DNA of 56,148 nucleotides from the IMG/VR virus record IMGVR_UViG_3300033142_000289, positions 1-56,148 of that record. One strand, 5' to 3'. Below, piece by piece: positions 46,160-56,148 of this stretch (position 1 is its first letter; every line of letters begins with the position of its first letter). The notes beneath the pieces were generated by a model. That model made no database searches. It was not told the DNA's origin and saw nothing but the letters and a program-made list of their open reading frames with translations. The DNA is from a virus (taxonomy: Duplodnaviria > Caudoviricetes). The position numbers and the translations under genes were made by a program.

Positions 46160-48384
46160 CTAATAATTTCACTTATTGTACCTTTATTACTATACCTTGC
46201 AAAGTTAATCTTTATTTTTGAAACTTTTTGCTGCGGTATATATAGGTGTTTCTGACAAGCCATTATCGCCAAACCCGAAGATATACTAGCATCAAACTTA
46301 GTTCTATTGCTAATATCAAATTTTGCCCAATCTTCTAAAGTTCTTGTAAAAACGCAGTCACCCATTTCGTTATTTTCTTTCATTCCTATGTTTGCATCTA
46401 TATAGGATTCTATAGCAGAAGCGTGTGCTTGTTTCACTGCTTCACTTGAGTTAGGAATTCCACCTAATTCTTTTTCTGTTTTTGATAATTTATTGTAATG
46501 TTTATCAGGTCTATTCATACAGTAACTTCTATACCCTCTGTTTTTAAAATGATATAATAATCTTGGTTTATTATTTTCAATTAAAATAGGCATTCCATAA
46601 AACACACAAGCCTTTAAAACATCTTCAAAAAATATCTCAGCAGTTTGTGGTCTAGCAATATATTCTAAGAAAAATTCATTACTAGGTGCATCGTCCATAT
46701 TAAACATAGTTAATCCGTGAAGTGCTCCATTGGAACCACCGCCGCCAACAGTACCTGATATGTCATAACTATCACAACCAAATGCACCTATGTGTTTATT
46801 TCCCGGAGTTTTTTTACCATTAACTATTTCTATTCTATTTTGTAATTGTTTAGATGGGGTCCAAGAAACATAAAACCTTCCTCTTTGATTTGGTGTGAAT
46901 TCAACTTTAGAATCTTTTATTCCATTCTTCCAAACTAAATCACCTCTAGTCAAGTGATGGTCTATTATTAAAGAATCATTATAATCTATCTGCTGATATA
47001 TTTTAGTAAGATTAAATATTGATTGTTTACTTTCATCTCTAAATGCGTGTGATTCACTTCTAGGAAATTGTCTGTAAAATTCATTTAATGCATCAGGGTC
47101 TTTCTTTAAAGACTCAACTTCATTCTCCCAATAATCTATCGCACCTTGATATATTGCTTCACCATCTATTCCTTCGACCCCTTGTTCAGGATTTCTAAAA
47201 ACAGGCATTCCATATCTATCAATAAACCCTTCCATATTCCATTCCATAGGGATGAAAAGTGAATACATTCCGCTTTTAGTTTGACCATTTGCGTTTCGTA
47301 ATAATACATTTGAATTTGTATATAGGTTTTTAAAGTTGTCTCCCCCTTTATCTAAAGCATTAGATGTTGAACCCATCATACACTTACCTATAACTTTACT
47401 ACCTAATCTTAAACAAGTTTTAGTTACCCTCCAATTGTTTAGAATGTTATTTGGTTTTATCCATTTACCACTTTCATCGTGAACTAATAACAAAAGCTTT
47501 TCACCATCATAACTATTGTCATCAGTATTTTTCCAATCTATAGTGGTATCTAATCCATACAACTCATCATCGGTTGTATCAAACATATTTTTTTTTGTAA
47601 TCTTAGATGCGGGAATCCTAAACGCTAATTCTGTTTTAGGTTTATCCATACCATCCATAATAGGTTTAAAGAAGAAGGGTAATCTACTATTAATAGGAAC
47701 CACTTTATCTGTAAACATTTTTTTAGCATCGGAACCTGTCTTAGATAAAATACCTACCCTTGAATCTTTAGCAAGTGTACCTGTATTAACACATTCAGAT
47801 GATGACATAAAAGAAAAACCTGAACGTCTTATCTTTAGGTAAATCATTCCAAAACTTCTTTTGTCCGCTTTACAGGCTTCCCAAAAAATATAAAGTAATC
47901 TATTTGCTTCTCTAAAATCAGGATAACCTACATCAATGCTAGTCCACTGAAGATACATATAGTGAGCACCTGTTATATATGTAGGAATTCCATTTGACAT
48001 AAACCAAAAGCCTTCCTCTCTTTTTTCAAACTCCTGTTCTATATAATCAACCCACCGGTCTTTAAACTCTGATGCCATTTCATTCCATTGAAATATAGAA
48101 TTTATTTTATTTAAAGCGTTGGGGATAATATTTCTTTCCCAATATTGTTCTGATTTTTTCTTACTTCTTTGATATACAGTTTTGGGTGTTTTTGGAAGTG
48201 CAATTCTTAATCCTTGTATTGTAATTATATCACCTATTTGACCGGTCTTAGATATAACAATAAAATCATACTTTTGATTATACCCGTATTCCCACGTTTT
48301 AGCCTTGTTCTTAGACGTTAAAACATTTTTAGGTACAATACCATCAAGTACATTAAATAGTTTATTTAGACCTTCTTTCTGCAA
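46156..48384 (-). CDS. terL: terminase large subunit
   Basis: Walker A-like KIRRSGFS, Walker B LLVHDESGK, MGSTSN, nuclease FGCDSYD, LIENN, KFDASISSG. Confidence 0.9.
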   Translation of the reverse strand: MQKEGLNKLFNVLDGIVPKNVLTSKNKAKTWEYGYNQKYDFIVISKTGQIGDIITIQGLRIALPKTPKTVYQRSKKKSEQYWERNIIPNALNKINSIFQWNEMASEFKDRWVDYIEQEFEKREEGFWFMSNGIPTYITGAHYMYLQWTSIDVGYPDFREANRLLYIFWEACKADKRSFGMIYLKIRRSGFSFMSSSECVNTGTLAKDSRVGILSKTGSDAKKMFTDKVVPINSRLPFFFKPIMDGMDKPKTELAFRIPASKITKKNMFDTTDDELYGLDTTIDWKNTDDNSYDGEKLLLLVHDESGKWIKPNNILNNWRVTKTCLRLGSKVIGKCMMGSTSNALDKGGDNFKNLYTNSNVLLRNANGQTKSGMYSLFIPMEWNMEGFIDRYGMPVFRNPEQGVEGIDGEAIYQGAIDYWENEVESLKKDPDALNEFYRQFPRSESHAFRDESKQSIFNLTKIYQQIDYNDSLIIDHHLTRGDLVWKNGIKDSKVEFTPNQRGRFYVSWTPSKQLQNRIEIVNGKKTPGNKHIGAFGCDSYDISGTVGGGGSNGALHGLTMFNMDDAPSNEFFLEYIARPQTAEIFFEDVLKACVFYGMPILIENNKPRLLYHFKNRGYRSYCMNRPDKHYNKLSKTEKELGGIPNSSEAVKQAHASAIESYIDANIGMKENNEMGDCVFTRTLEDWAKFDISNRTKFDASISSGLAIMACQKHLYIPQQKVSKIKINFARYSNKGTISEIIR

Positions 48385-48643
48385 ATCCTTGTTTTGTATC
48401 AGTTTTATTAACTCCTCTCTCTAATGATTCAATAGCTTCTTTTTCAGATTCAATTCTATTTAGAATTTCAAACGCATCAAATATGGCTAACTTCTTTGTA
48501 GCTGCTGCATTCTTTAATCTGTCAGCAGATAAATCATCTTCGGGGTCGTGTTTAATAATCGCTTCCTTCGCTACTTTTATCAGTTGTTCTACCGCTCTGT
48601 GACCTGCTTCTATTATTTTTAATTTTATTTCTTTTGATTTCAT
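48362..48643 (-). CDS. helical protein upstream of TerL (terminase small subunit candidate)
   Basis: ATG 48643; overlaps the terL start. Confidence 0.5.
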   Translation of the reverse strand: MKSKEIKLKIIEAGHRAVEQLIKVAKEAIIKHDPEDDLSADRLKNAAATKKLAIFDAFEILNRIESEKEAIESLERGVNKTDTKQGFAERRSK

Positions 48644-48721
48644 TTTTAATTCTTTTAGACTTTCTAATAGGTATTGGAGAACCATCGTGTTCGTTCCATT
48701 CATCTTCCCAATAAATATAAC

Positions 48722-49285
48722 TCATAACATCATTGTTATTTGATGGTCAAACATTCTATAAAGCTTTTCCCCATCAATTTGAAACTCATATTCGCTTTCA
48801 GGTTTAAATGTAACTTTACAACCCTCGTTAACTCCTTGTTGTATTAAGTACTTATTAGGGTACTTAATCATACCTATCAAAGGTTCCTCGCTTAATGGTT
48901 TATATATGTAGCTATCCTCAACAGGAATAGGTTTTACAAAACAATATCTGTTTACTGAATTCCACTTCTTACCATTATGATAAGCAAAATATTGTTCTTC
49001 GTCTATAAAGAATAAGTCATCTTTAAAATAACTTCTCCCACTTTGAATTTTCCCTTGCATATCATTATAATATTTAAAAACATTATGATGCACAAGAAGG
49101 ATGTCTCCTGCTTTTATAGGTCCATTATAATTTATCGGTAGTTCTACAACTTCCGCTTTACGATTTGAAAATCTTGAATCCTCTTGAGATGTGCTAATTA
49201 TAAAATCAATATCTCCGTAGGTTTTAGTGTTATCGTATCTCTTCCCTTTTACAGGTCTTACAATAAAAGATGTTGGTGATTTCAT
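48722..49285 (-). CDS. tandem GroES-like (double Cpn10-fold) protein
   Basis: Two units: FIVRP...AEVV..P...IKAGDILLV and CFVKP...GMIKYP...GVNEGCKVTF...EFQIDGEKLYRMFDHQI. Confidence 0.55.
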   Translation of the reverse strand: MKSPTSFIVRPVKGKRYDNTKTYGDIDFIISTSQEDSRFSNRKAEVVELPINYNGPIKAGDILLVHHNVFKYYNDMQGKIQSGRSYFKDDLFFIDEEQYFAYHNGKKWNSVNRYCFVKPIPVEDSYIYKPLSEEPLIGMIKYPNKYLIQQGVNEGCKVTFKPESEYEFQIDGEKLYRMFDHQITMML

Positions 49286-49293
49286 AATTTAAT

Positions 49294-49476
49294 TTATGAG
49301 CCACAACCAATACAATCTATATGTGAATCAGTTGGCTTGACTCCATTTAATTTCATTTCAATGTTGTGAATGTCATCAGCAATAGACATTTGCTCCATCC
49401 AATCTGATGTTGCTTCTTTCTGTTTTTTAAGAACCGACACTTTACTTTCAAGTTCTTTTCTTTCCTGCTCTGACAT
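49294..49476 (-). CDS. small protein with C-terminal CIGC
   Basis: 60 aa ORF in operon. Confidence 0.65.
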   Translation of the reverse strand: MSEQERKELESKVSVLKKQKEATSDWMEQMSIADDIHNIEMKLNGVKPTDSHIDCIGCGS

Positions 49477-49480
49477 TTTA

Positions 49481-49705
49481 TTAAAAGTTTATATTATACT
49501 CAACTGATATTGGCATAGTAGAAGTAAACTCTTTCCAAAGTAAAACTTCATCATCGTTTTGTATGTATATCAAGATAGAGTCTCTATCAATATCATACTT
49601 AATTAAATGTATAACATAGCTTCCATTTAAAATAACTTGACCTACTAAGTAGTGCATTGCACCTGACTTATAATCAGGTCCTACTGAAATTTTTCTAATA
49701 TCCAT
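49481..49705 (-). CDS. hypothetical protein
   Basis: 74 aa; TAATG coupling. Confidence 0.7.
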   Translation of the reverse strand: MDIRKISVGPDYKSGAMHYLVGQVILNGSYVIHLIKYDIDRDSILIYIQNDDEVLLWKEFTSTMPISVEYNINF

Positions 49706-51480
49706 TAATATACTCTAATTTCAATGTTACCTTGTGTAATGTCTAAGTTTTGATTTACAAAGTCTTGGTCCATTATATCAATAGTAATCTCTGCTTGAGC
49801 ACCACCATACCCATTTAACAACACTAGCACGTCTACCTCTTTCTGAAGTCCACCCATCTTTACTATTAATTGTCCTTGAGTATTATCAATCCAACCAAAA
49901 GATAAACCTGTTGTATTGCTTAATACTTTTTCCAATACAGTGTTAGCGGTTACTGAAAAGTTAGCTTCATAACTTGTATAAGGTAGCGATGTACCTCCTC
50001 CTGCATTTACCCATTCAGTTCTTATGTCTGTTCCACTAATTGCTTTAAGACCTAAGACTTGAGTTGTTGCAGTAGGTAAAGTTTCAGGTAATGAAATTAC
50101 TTGTTCAACCCCTGCATCCGGTGCTTTAACAGTAACTGTTTGAACGGTTGCGGATTTACTTGAGCCTGTTCTAAATTCAACTCTACCACCTTCACTATTA
50201 CTGTTTCCATCAAGTCTTAATACCCCATATGTTTCAGATGGACTTGTTTCATTACCTATTTTAACCGTAGCAATTTTGTTAACTGAATCTAAGTTGTAAG
50301 TGAATTGACTATCACCATCCAATAATCCGTTTGCATTATGGAATTGAATATTAGATACTGCACCACCCGGTGTTGCAGTAGCAGTAATAGCTAAATTTCC
50401 ACCACCAAGAAGACTATTTCCATTAACTGTTTTAATGTTTGTCCCACTAACTAAAATATCTTGATAATCAAAGTCAACAATTTGTTGTGGTTCGTTTGGA
50501 CCACCTGTTCTCATTGTTACCCCACTTCCTTCAAATCCAAAAGTTCCCGAAGCTGAAGAACTGCCAACTTTAATACTATTTACTGTACTAACTGATTGAG
50601 CACTTATGGTTAATGTTTTAACTCCTTGTGCATCAGTATTGACTGAACCTGATAAACCTGAACCTATTGAAACTTTGTCACTAAAAAATCCTGCTTGAGT
50701 ATCTGCTGAATCATATTTAAACTTATCATTACTCCCACCACTAACTGTGGTCCATAAGGATGTATAAGGAGATGATGAGGTTGCAGCTTTATCAATAACT
50801 AATACTTGACCGGTTGCAGGTTCGTTTTCCGGTAATGCAACTGCATAGCTTTGTTTTGAAATTTGACCCGGTGTTGCCCAAGCAGCAAATTGACCCGAGC
50901 CAATTGCATCATAATATCTTGTCTCTCCATAGAAAGCACCTTCACCGGCTCCTGCAAATATATTTAACTGACCTTTAACTTCTTGTCCTTTACCAATATT
51001 GACTGCAGGATTTCCATATCCTTTTAAATCTACTGTAAAAAATTCACCTGCACCAAAGCTACCGCCATCGTTAAATTGAACTCCATTAACAGGTGCTCCG
51101 GGATTACCACCTGAAATACCTGAACCATCTATATTAATTAAGTTCCCTACTGCAGTTATTGTAATACCTCCCTTACCTGCTAAATCAATATCAGGTCCGG
51201 TTGCTCCATCAATAGTTTGGATACCTCCACCGCTACTACTGCCTGTAATAGTAATGTCGGTTCCGGAAGCACTAATACTAATGCCTCCGGCTCCTATTAA
51301 GTTTAAGTCACCCGTAAGGGTATTTAATGACTGAACGGAGGCAGAGCCTCCCGGTACTAATGCTAGAATATCTCCAATCCTATAATTTTTTGTAATCAAC
51401 TCATTATCGACATCAGTACCTATTACCTTGTCGTTAATAGTAGGTATTGCATCTACAGGATATGTTGCTATTCTTGCCAT
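49705..51480 (-). CDS. tail fibre / spike-like protein
   Basis: Gly/Thr-rich; VQSLNTLTGD, VQFNDGGSF, SGTNIKTVNGNSLLGGGNL fibre repeats. Confidence 0.7.
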   Translation of the reverse strand: MARIATYPVDAIPTINDKVIGTDVDNELITKNYRIGDILALVPGGSASVQSLNTLTGDLNLIGAGGISISASGTDITITGSSSGGGIQTIDGATGPDIDLAGKGGITITAVGNLINIDGSGISGGNPGAPVNGVQFNDGGSFGAGEFFTVDLKGYGNPAVNIGKGQEVKGQLNIFAGAGEGAFYGETRYYDAIGSGQFAAWATPGQISKQSYAVALPENEPATGQVLVIDKAATSSSPYTSLWTTVSGGSNDKFKYDSADTQAGFFSDKVSIGSGLSGSVNTDAQGVKTLTISAQSVSTVNSIKVGSSSASGTFGFEGSGVTMRTGGPNEPQQIVDFDYQDILVSGTNIKTVNGNSLLGGGNLAITATATPGGAVSNIQFHNANGLLDGDSQFTYNLDSVNKIATVKIGNETSPSETYGVLRLDGNSNSEGGRVEFRTGSSKSATVQTVTVKAPDAGVEQVISLPETLPTATTQVLGLKAISGTDIRTEWVNAGGGTSLPYTSYEANFSVTANTVLEKVLSNTTGLSFGWIDNTQGQLIVKMGGLQKEVDVLVLLNGYGGAQAEITIDIMDQDFVNQNLDITQGNIEIRVY

Positions 51481-51483
51481 TTT

Positions 51484-51744
51484 TTATTTTTCTTTTTCTA
51501 AAGCTTCTTGTTCCTTTGTGGTAACCTCTCCTGTTTGGGGATTGATTACCGCATCATCACCGTACTTTTCGGTTAGTTCTTTTTCGACTACTGAGTAGTC
51601 TGCTTTGACTTTGTCGATATTATCAACAATCTGTCTCTGTTGCAAAACAACATCACCAAGTTGCATTTTCAATTGGTTGAATGCGTTAAGCATTGATTGA
51701 ACTTGTGTAAGTTCTTGTTCTGTTAATTTTTTACTTTTTGCCAT
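51484..51744 (-). CDS. small coiled-coil protein (possible fibre chaperone)
   Basis: Heptad pattern; KYG...INPQTGE; -7 element at 51774-51781. Confidence 0.65.
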   Translation of the reverse strand: MAKSKKLTEQELTQVQSMLNAFNQLKMQLGDVVLQQRQIVDNIDKVKADYSVVEKELTEKYGDDAVINPQTGEVTTKEQEALEKEK

Positions 51745-51770
51745 TTGATTTATATTAAATTAATTATTAG

Positions 51771-54273
51771 TTACAAAGATATAAAATTTTCATCGAAAGT
51801 TATCTTTAAATAAGGACTTTTGGCATCGGTAACAAACTCTTGGCTTTTAATACCCACTGCTTTGCCGTTAAAGAAAATATCACCACCACCATCTGCTCCT
51901 GCCGGACCTTGAGGACCCTGTGGACCTTGAGGACCTGTGCTTCCCGTTGCTCCTTTCGAACCGGTTGCACCCTGAGGTCCTTGAGGACCTGTGCTTCCCG
52001 TTGCTCCTTTAGCACCTGCCGGTCCCTGTGGACCCGTAGCACCTGTGCCTCCTGTATTTCCTTTAGGACCTTGAGGTCCCTCAGGTCCCTGTGGACCCGT
52101 TGACCCTGTATTTCCTTTAGCACCTGCCGGACCTTGTGGACCTACACTTCCTGTATTTCCTTTAGCACCTGCAGGTCCTTGTGGACCTGTTAATCCAATA
52201 GGTCCTTGTGGTCCTGTTCCTCCATCTTTTCCTGCAGGACCTTCCGGACCTTCCGGTCCTGTTGCTCCATCTTTTCCTGCCGGACCTGACGGTCCAACTG
52301 CTCCGGTACTACCTTTTGGTCCTGTCGGTCCAACTGCTCCGGTATCACCCTTAGCACCTGTATCACCCTTAGCACCTGTACCACCCGTGTCTCCTTTAGG
52401 ACCTTGCGGTCCAACTGCTCCGGTACTACCCTTAGCACCTGCAGGTCCTTGCGGTCCTGCCGGTCCTTCCGGTCCTATTCCACCATTTTTACCATCTGCT
52501 CCCGCAGGTCCTTGTGGACCTACTGCACCTGTTTGCTCCTGCAGGTCCCTGTGGACCTGTTAAACCTGTACTTCCTTTAGGACCTGTTGGTCCTTCGTCT
52601 CCTTGGTCACCCTTAGGTCCTTGAGGACCTGTTAAGCCTGTGCTTCCTTTAGGACCTGTTGGTCCTTCATCTCCTTGGTCTCCTTTAGGACCTTGTGGAC
52701 CTGTTGGTCCCGTTAATCCAATTGGTCCTTGAGGACCTGTTGCACCGGTATCGCCTTTTGCTCCTGCTGCTCCTGTAGCACCCTTAGGACCTTCCGGACC
52801 TTCGGGACCTTGAGCACCATTCTTTCCGTCTGCTCCTGCCGGACCTGTACTTCCTTTAGGACCCTGAGAACCTGTATCCCCTTTGGGACCTTCGTCACCC
52901 GTGTCACCCTTTGGTCCTTGCGGTCCTTCCGGACCTGTTAACCCAATTGGACCCTGTGCACCGGTATCGCCTTTTGCACCCTGAGGACCGGTTTTACCAA
53001 TATCCCCTTGCGGTCCTTCCGGACCTGCAGGACCTGTTAAACCGATAGGACCTTGAGCACCGGTATTTCCTTTAGGACCTTGAGCACCCGTATCTCCTTT
53101 TGCTCCGGTGTCACCCTGTGGTCCCTTAGGACCTTCCGGACCCTCCGGTCCTGTCAAGCCTATTGGTCCTTGAGCACCGGTATTTCCTTTAGGACCGGCT
53201 GCTCCCGTGTCTCCTTTAGGACCTTGCGGTCCTGTATTAGTAGGAAGTGTTACCGTGTTTCCATCGCTTATAGTAAGTTCTTCATTTACTACAGACAAAG
53301 TTTGTCTATCAACACAAAACTGAACTTCTTTTTTTTCTTCGTCAATAGTTACATTTGTCCCTTTACAACCAACAAAAGTTAAGGTGTCGTTATTTGATGC
53401 TGCTTTAATAATAGCTTTACCATCAGTTACATTTTTAAATATTGCCTGAGAAGAACCTTTGTCGTTGTTTGTAAGCGTAATTGTTTCGTCTGTGGTTTGG
53501 TTTAGCGTAAAGTCTCCTCCACCACTCATACCTGAACCTGCAGATAATGTAATTTTTTTATTGCTTACAGAAGCTGAGTTGTCTGTCCAAGATGCAGTTA
53601 ATGTACCACCATCTTGTTGAGTAGCAGTTAAAGTCTTAGTTGTGTTACCGGTTACGGCAAGTTTTGTAATCTGATTGTTGTAAGCGTTATCCCAATTGGT
53701 GTTGGTTACGTTTGAAAGAACACCTGTATTAGAAAGTCTTAAAGAGCCATTTGAATATAAAGCCGAATCCACTAAATCAACAATAGTACCACCTCTTAAT
53801 TCAAGTGGAGTTCTATTGAATGATGCACCCCTGTAGTCTTTAACGTAAAATATAAATTTATCGTTTACAGTTGTATTATCTCTTAACTCAAAAACAAAAT
53901 TAATTGAATCAGAAGATGGTTGTTGAGCGTAGATTCTTGCACCATCATTATTTAAAGTCCAATCAAAACCTTTACCCGATGTTGGGAAAGTTCCTCCTAA
54001 GTCTTTAAATATTAAGTCAGCATTACTACCTAAGGTTACATTACCGTTTAAAGTAAGAGCACTGTTTGTTGTTGCTCCCCTTGAAGTAACTGTAGCCAAG
54101 GTATCAGATTCTCCCGGAACTTCAGCAAGAGTAATATACTTTGCTCCGTTAGTTAGCTGATTATTATTAGTTGGAATTGTCGTGCTCGTAAAAGCATTGG
54201 ACCCCAATGACGTACCATTAACCTTAAGGTCATCAGTAACATCAATGGGTTCCTTAAACTTTATATATGCCAT
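51771..54273 (-). CDS. collagen-like (Gly-X-Y) tail fibre, interrupted by a 1-nt frameshift at about 52532-52534
   Basis: The track ORF (52489-54273) leaves Gly-X-Y at GPAGA|NRCS. Removing one base restores GAT-GAV-GPQ..., which continues to TAA at 51771 (about 833 aa). Confidence 0.8.
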
Positions 54274-54279
54274 TTAGAT

Positions 54280-56148
54280 TTAACTTCCTATTTTCTGAAC
54301 CATTACCACAAGTGCTGCTGCCGCTTGTGCTTTTGCCGTTCTTACTGTTACATTATTTTTATCAGTTCTCTCTACCGTAACGTGAACGGTATCGAATGGA
54401 CTTACATTTGAATATACCTGAACCATTACATTCTGTGAGTTAAGATTGTGATTAACAGTGAACGTATCACTACCACCAACCGTCTCGACATATTCTCTTT
54501 TAGTTTGACAAGCCTCAACTTCTGCACAGAAGTTTTTAACTTGACTTGCTCCGATAGCAATATCTGCATCTGATAAAGAAGTTACTCTACCTTTAGCATC
54601 AACTGTTATTGCAACAGACTTAGAAGCCGTACCTGCACTACCTGCAGTTACTTTATTTGGTAAACTTACCGCTCCTGCACTAACACTTAGTCCACCTGCA
54701 GTTGGGAAGTTAGCAATACCTTGAACTGTTGCAGTTGCAACATCAATGTTCTTGTTAATCTCTGTCCAATCTGCTGCACTTGTAGGATTGTCTATATTAG
54801 CAATAATTAAATCACCAATTTCTAAAGCAGGACTCCAAAAGTTTGCAGGTACACCTGTACCACCTTTGGTTACTGCATAAGTAAATCCTTTCTTAACTGA
54901 AGTACCTGTTGGTGCTGCAGTTGATGCATCATATCCACCTTGGTAAACCAATGCACCTGAACCTGCGAATGTAGTGTCTACATAGTTTTTGGTTGCTGCA
55001 TCCTGAACCCCTGTTGGGTCAGCCATATCAACAATCCTCTTACCATTCATATCAAGGTTACCTGTAGGTTTAGCAAACACAGTAATTGGAAGTTTACCAA
55101 TTACAACACCTGCGTTATTTCCGGCAATACAACCTGCAAGTGTATCTGTATCAGGTTTTATATCGTCTTTTGGCTCTGTAAGTTCACAAAGATTAAGACC
55201 TATAGTTACTGTATCAGTAGCACTTACTACTGTATCAATGCCTACACTTCCTGCAATAGTTACTGTGTTACCATCTACAACTGATTCTGCAGTACCTGAA
55301 TCGGCACTAAGTTTGAAAGAAGACATTGTTCCCGGAGCACTACCTGCAGTAATAGAGGTAATGTGACCGGTTGCGTTTGTTACTACTTGAGAAGGATATG
55401 CATATGTTCCTGCAGTTCCAAAGGTATCGTGATTAATGGTTACCTTATCCGTAGCACCAACCACACCTGACAGTGCAGTACCACCACTAATAATAAGTTT
55501 CTCTCCGTCAGTTATTGTTTGGTCTGTACCACTATCTGATGATACCGTAAACGAACTCATTGTTCCTGCACCACCATCACTAACTTTAGTTATTCTACCT
55601 TGGTCATCTACCGTAATATCTGCTGAGGTATAAGCACCTGCAGTAATTCCTGTAGCAGGTAACTCAATGGAAACTTGTAATGCAGTTGAAGTATCAATAG
55701 ATAAAGTCTTAGAACCAAATGAAACCGTATTACCTGATGCAACACTAAATGGATTAGCACCATCAGTAATATCAAATCCTGCAAAACCTGAAGGGATAGT
55801 TGCCCAAGTTCCATCTCCTTTTAAATACTTAACATTGTCTGTTGCAGCCGGTGCAGGTACTGCACCTTTAGTTCCTGCAGTTGTTCCGTTTGCACCTGTA
55901 AAGTCATTAATACTAATAGCCGGTGAATTACCTCCACTTGAAACTATTGGAGCAGTTCCTGTTACTCCTGTTACTGTACCCGTGTTAGCAGTAAAAGGTA
56001 AGTCTTTTACTTGTGCATAATTTACAATACCCTTAGCATCAGAATAAATAACGTGAGCCTCAAGAGGAACAACAGTTCCTGTTAAGTTTGTTGCAGAAAG
56101 AATAATGTTTTTTGCAGTTGAATAATCAGGACCAATAGTAACTGCTCC
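54280..56148 (-). CDS. tail fibre protein (start lies beyond the window)
   Basis: The frame stays open upstream of M55560 as far as read (VPAPAATDNVKYLKGDGTW, ITVDDQGRIT). Also QDAATKNYVD and a C-terminal VNHNLNSQNVMVQVY. Confidence 0.8.
   Translation of the reverse strand, partial: GAVTIGPDYSTAKNIILSATNLTGTVVPLEAHVIYSDAKGIVNYAQVKDLPFTANTGTVTGVTGTAPIVSSGGNSPAISINDFTGANGTTAGTKGAVPAPAATDNVKYLKGDGTWATIPSGFAGFDITDGANPFSVASGNTVSFGSKTLSIDTSTALQVSIELPATGITAGAYTSADITVDDQGRITKVSDGGAGTMSSFTVSSDSGTDQTITDGEKLIISGGTALSGVVGATDKVTINHDTFGTAGTYAYPSQVVTNATGHITSITAGSAPGTMSSFKLSADSGTAESVVDGNTVTIAGSVGIDTVVSATDTVTIGLNLCELTEPKDDIKPDTDTLAGCIAGNNAGVVIGKLPITVFAKPTGNLDMNGKRIVDMADPTGVQDAATKNYVDTTFAGSGALVYQGGYDASTAAPTGTSVKKGFTYAVTKGGTGVPANFWSPALEIGDLIIANIDNPTSAADWTEINKNIDVATATVQGIANFPTAGGLSVSAGAVSLPNKVTAGSAGTASKSVAITVDAKGRVTSLSDADIAIGASQVKNFCAEVEACQTKREYVETVGGSDTFTVNHNLNSQNVMVQVYSNVSPFDTVHVTVERTDKNNVTVRTAKAQAAAALVVMVQKIGS

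Noticed and set aside
20111-47842. Numerous plus-strand ORFs (60-180 aa) inside the virion module
   Set aside because: They are antisense shadows of long minus-strand genes, with Ser/Leu/Phe-rich composition.
51806-53382. Several short ORFs with VLKVLRV or RTLRSL repeats
   Set aside because: These are alternative-frame and antisense shadows of the collagen repeat.
1-56148. Stop-codon reassignment as in some crAss-like phages
   Set aside because: Genes are full length and tightly packed under the standard code, and both TAG and TGA end genes.
49705-56148. Diversity-generating retroelement or invertible cassette at the tail fibres
   Set aside because: No reverse transcriptase, recombinase or TR/VR pair is visible in the window.

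Overview
This is a 56 kb stretch of an AT-rich, lytic-looking dsDNA tailed phage, truncated at both window ends. The host is very likely Bacteroidota (Flavobacteriia-like), since TAnnTTTG/TTTG promoters and A-rich, Shine-Dalgarno-free leaders occur throughout. Layout: (1) 1-4.5 kb has small basic proteins, a winged-helix regulator, groEL-groES and tRNA-Arg(UCU). (2) A non-coding switch region at about 4.0-4.9 kb. (3) 5-19.6 kb is the plus-strand early and replication module (ArdC, lysozyme-like protein, Sak-type annealase, RecE-like exonuclease, SSB-like protein, primase-helicase, SF2 helicase, VRR-NUC), with no DNA polymerase visible. (4) 19.6-56 kb is the minus-strand virion module, with crAss-like order (TerL, portal, scaffold, MCP, ring proteins, nozzle, three ejected proteins including a 2632-aa zincin-motif protein) and tail fibres, one of them a frameshifted collagen fibre. 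The most notable unexplained signals are: a duplicated oriC-like module (variant DnaA boxes TTATCGACA, an IHF site at identical offset, a DnaA-trio-like TAG array) in a genome encoding two stand-alone DnaA-domain-IV-like proteins; a three-copy covarying hairpin in front of early genes; a 12-tract G-quadruplex-like segment at the strand switch; apparent near-absence of CCAG/CTGG; and a tandem GroES-like gene beside the terminase. All family assignments come from motif recognition by eye, not from database searches.
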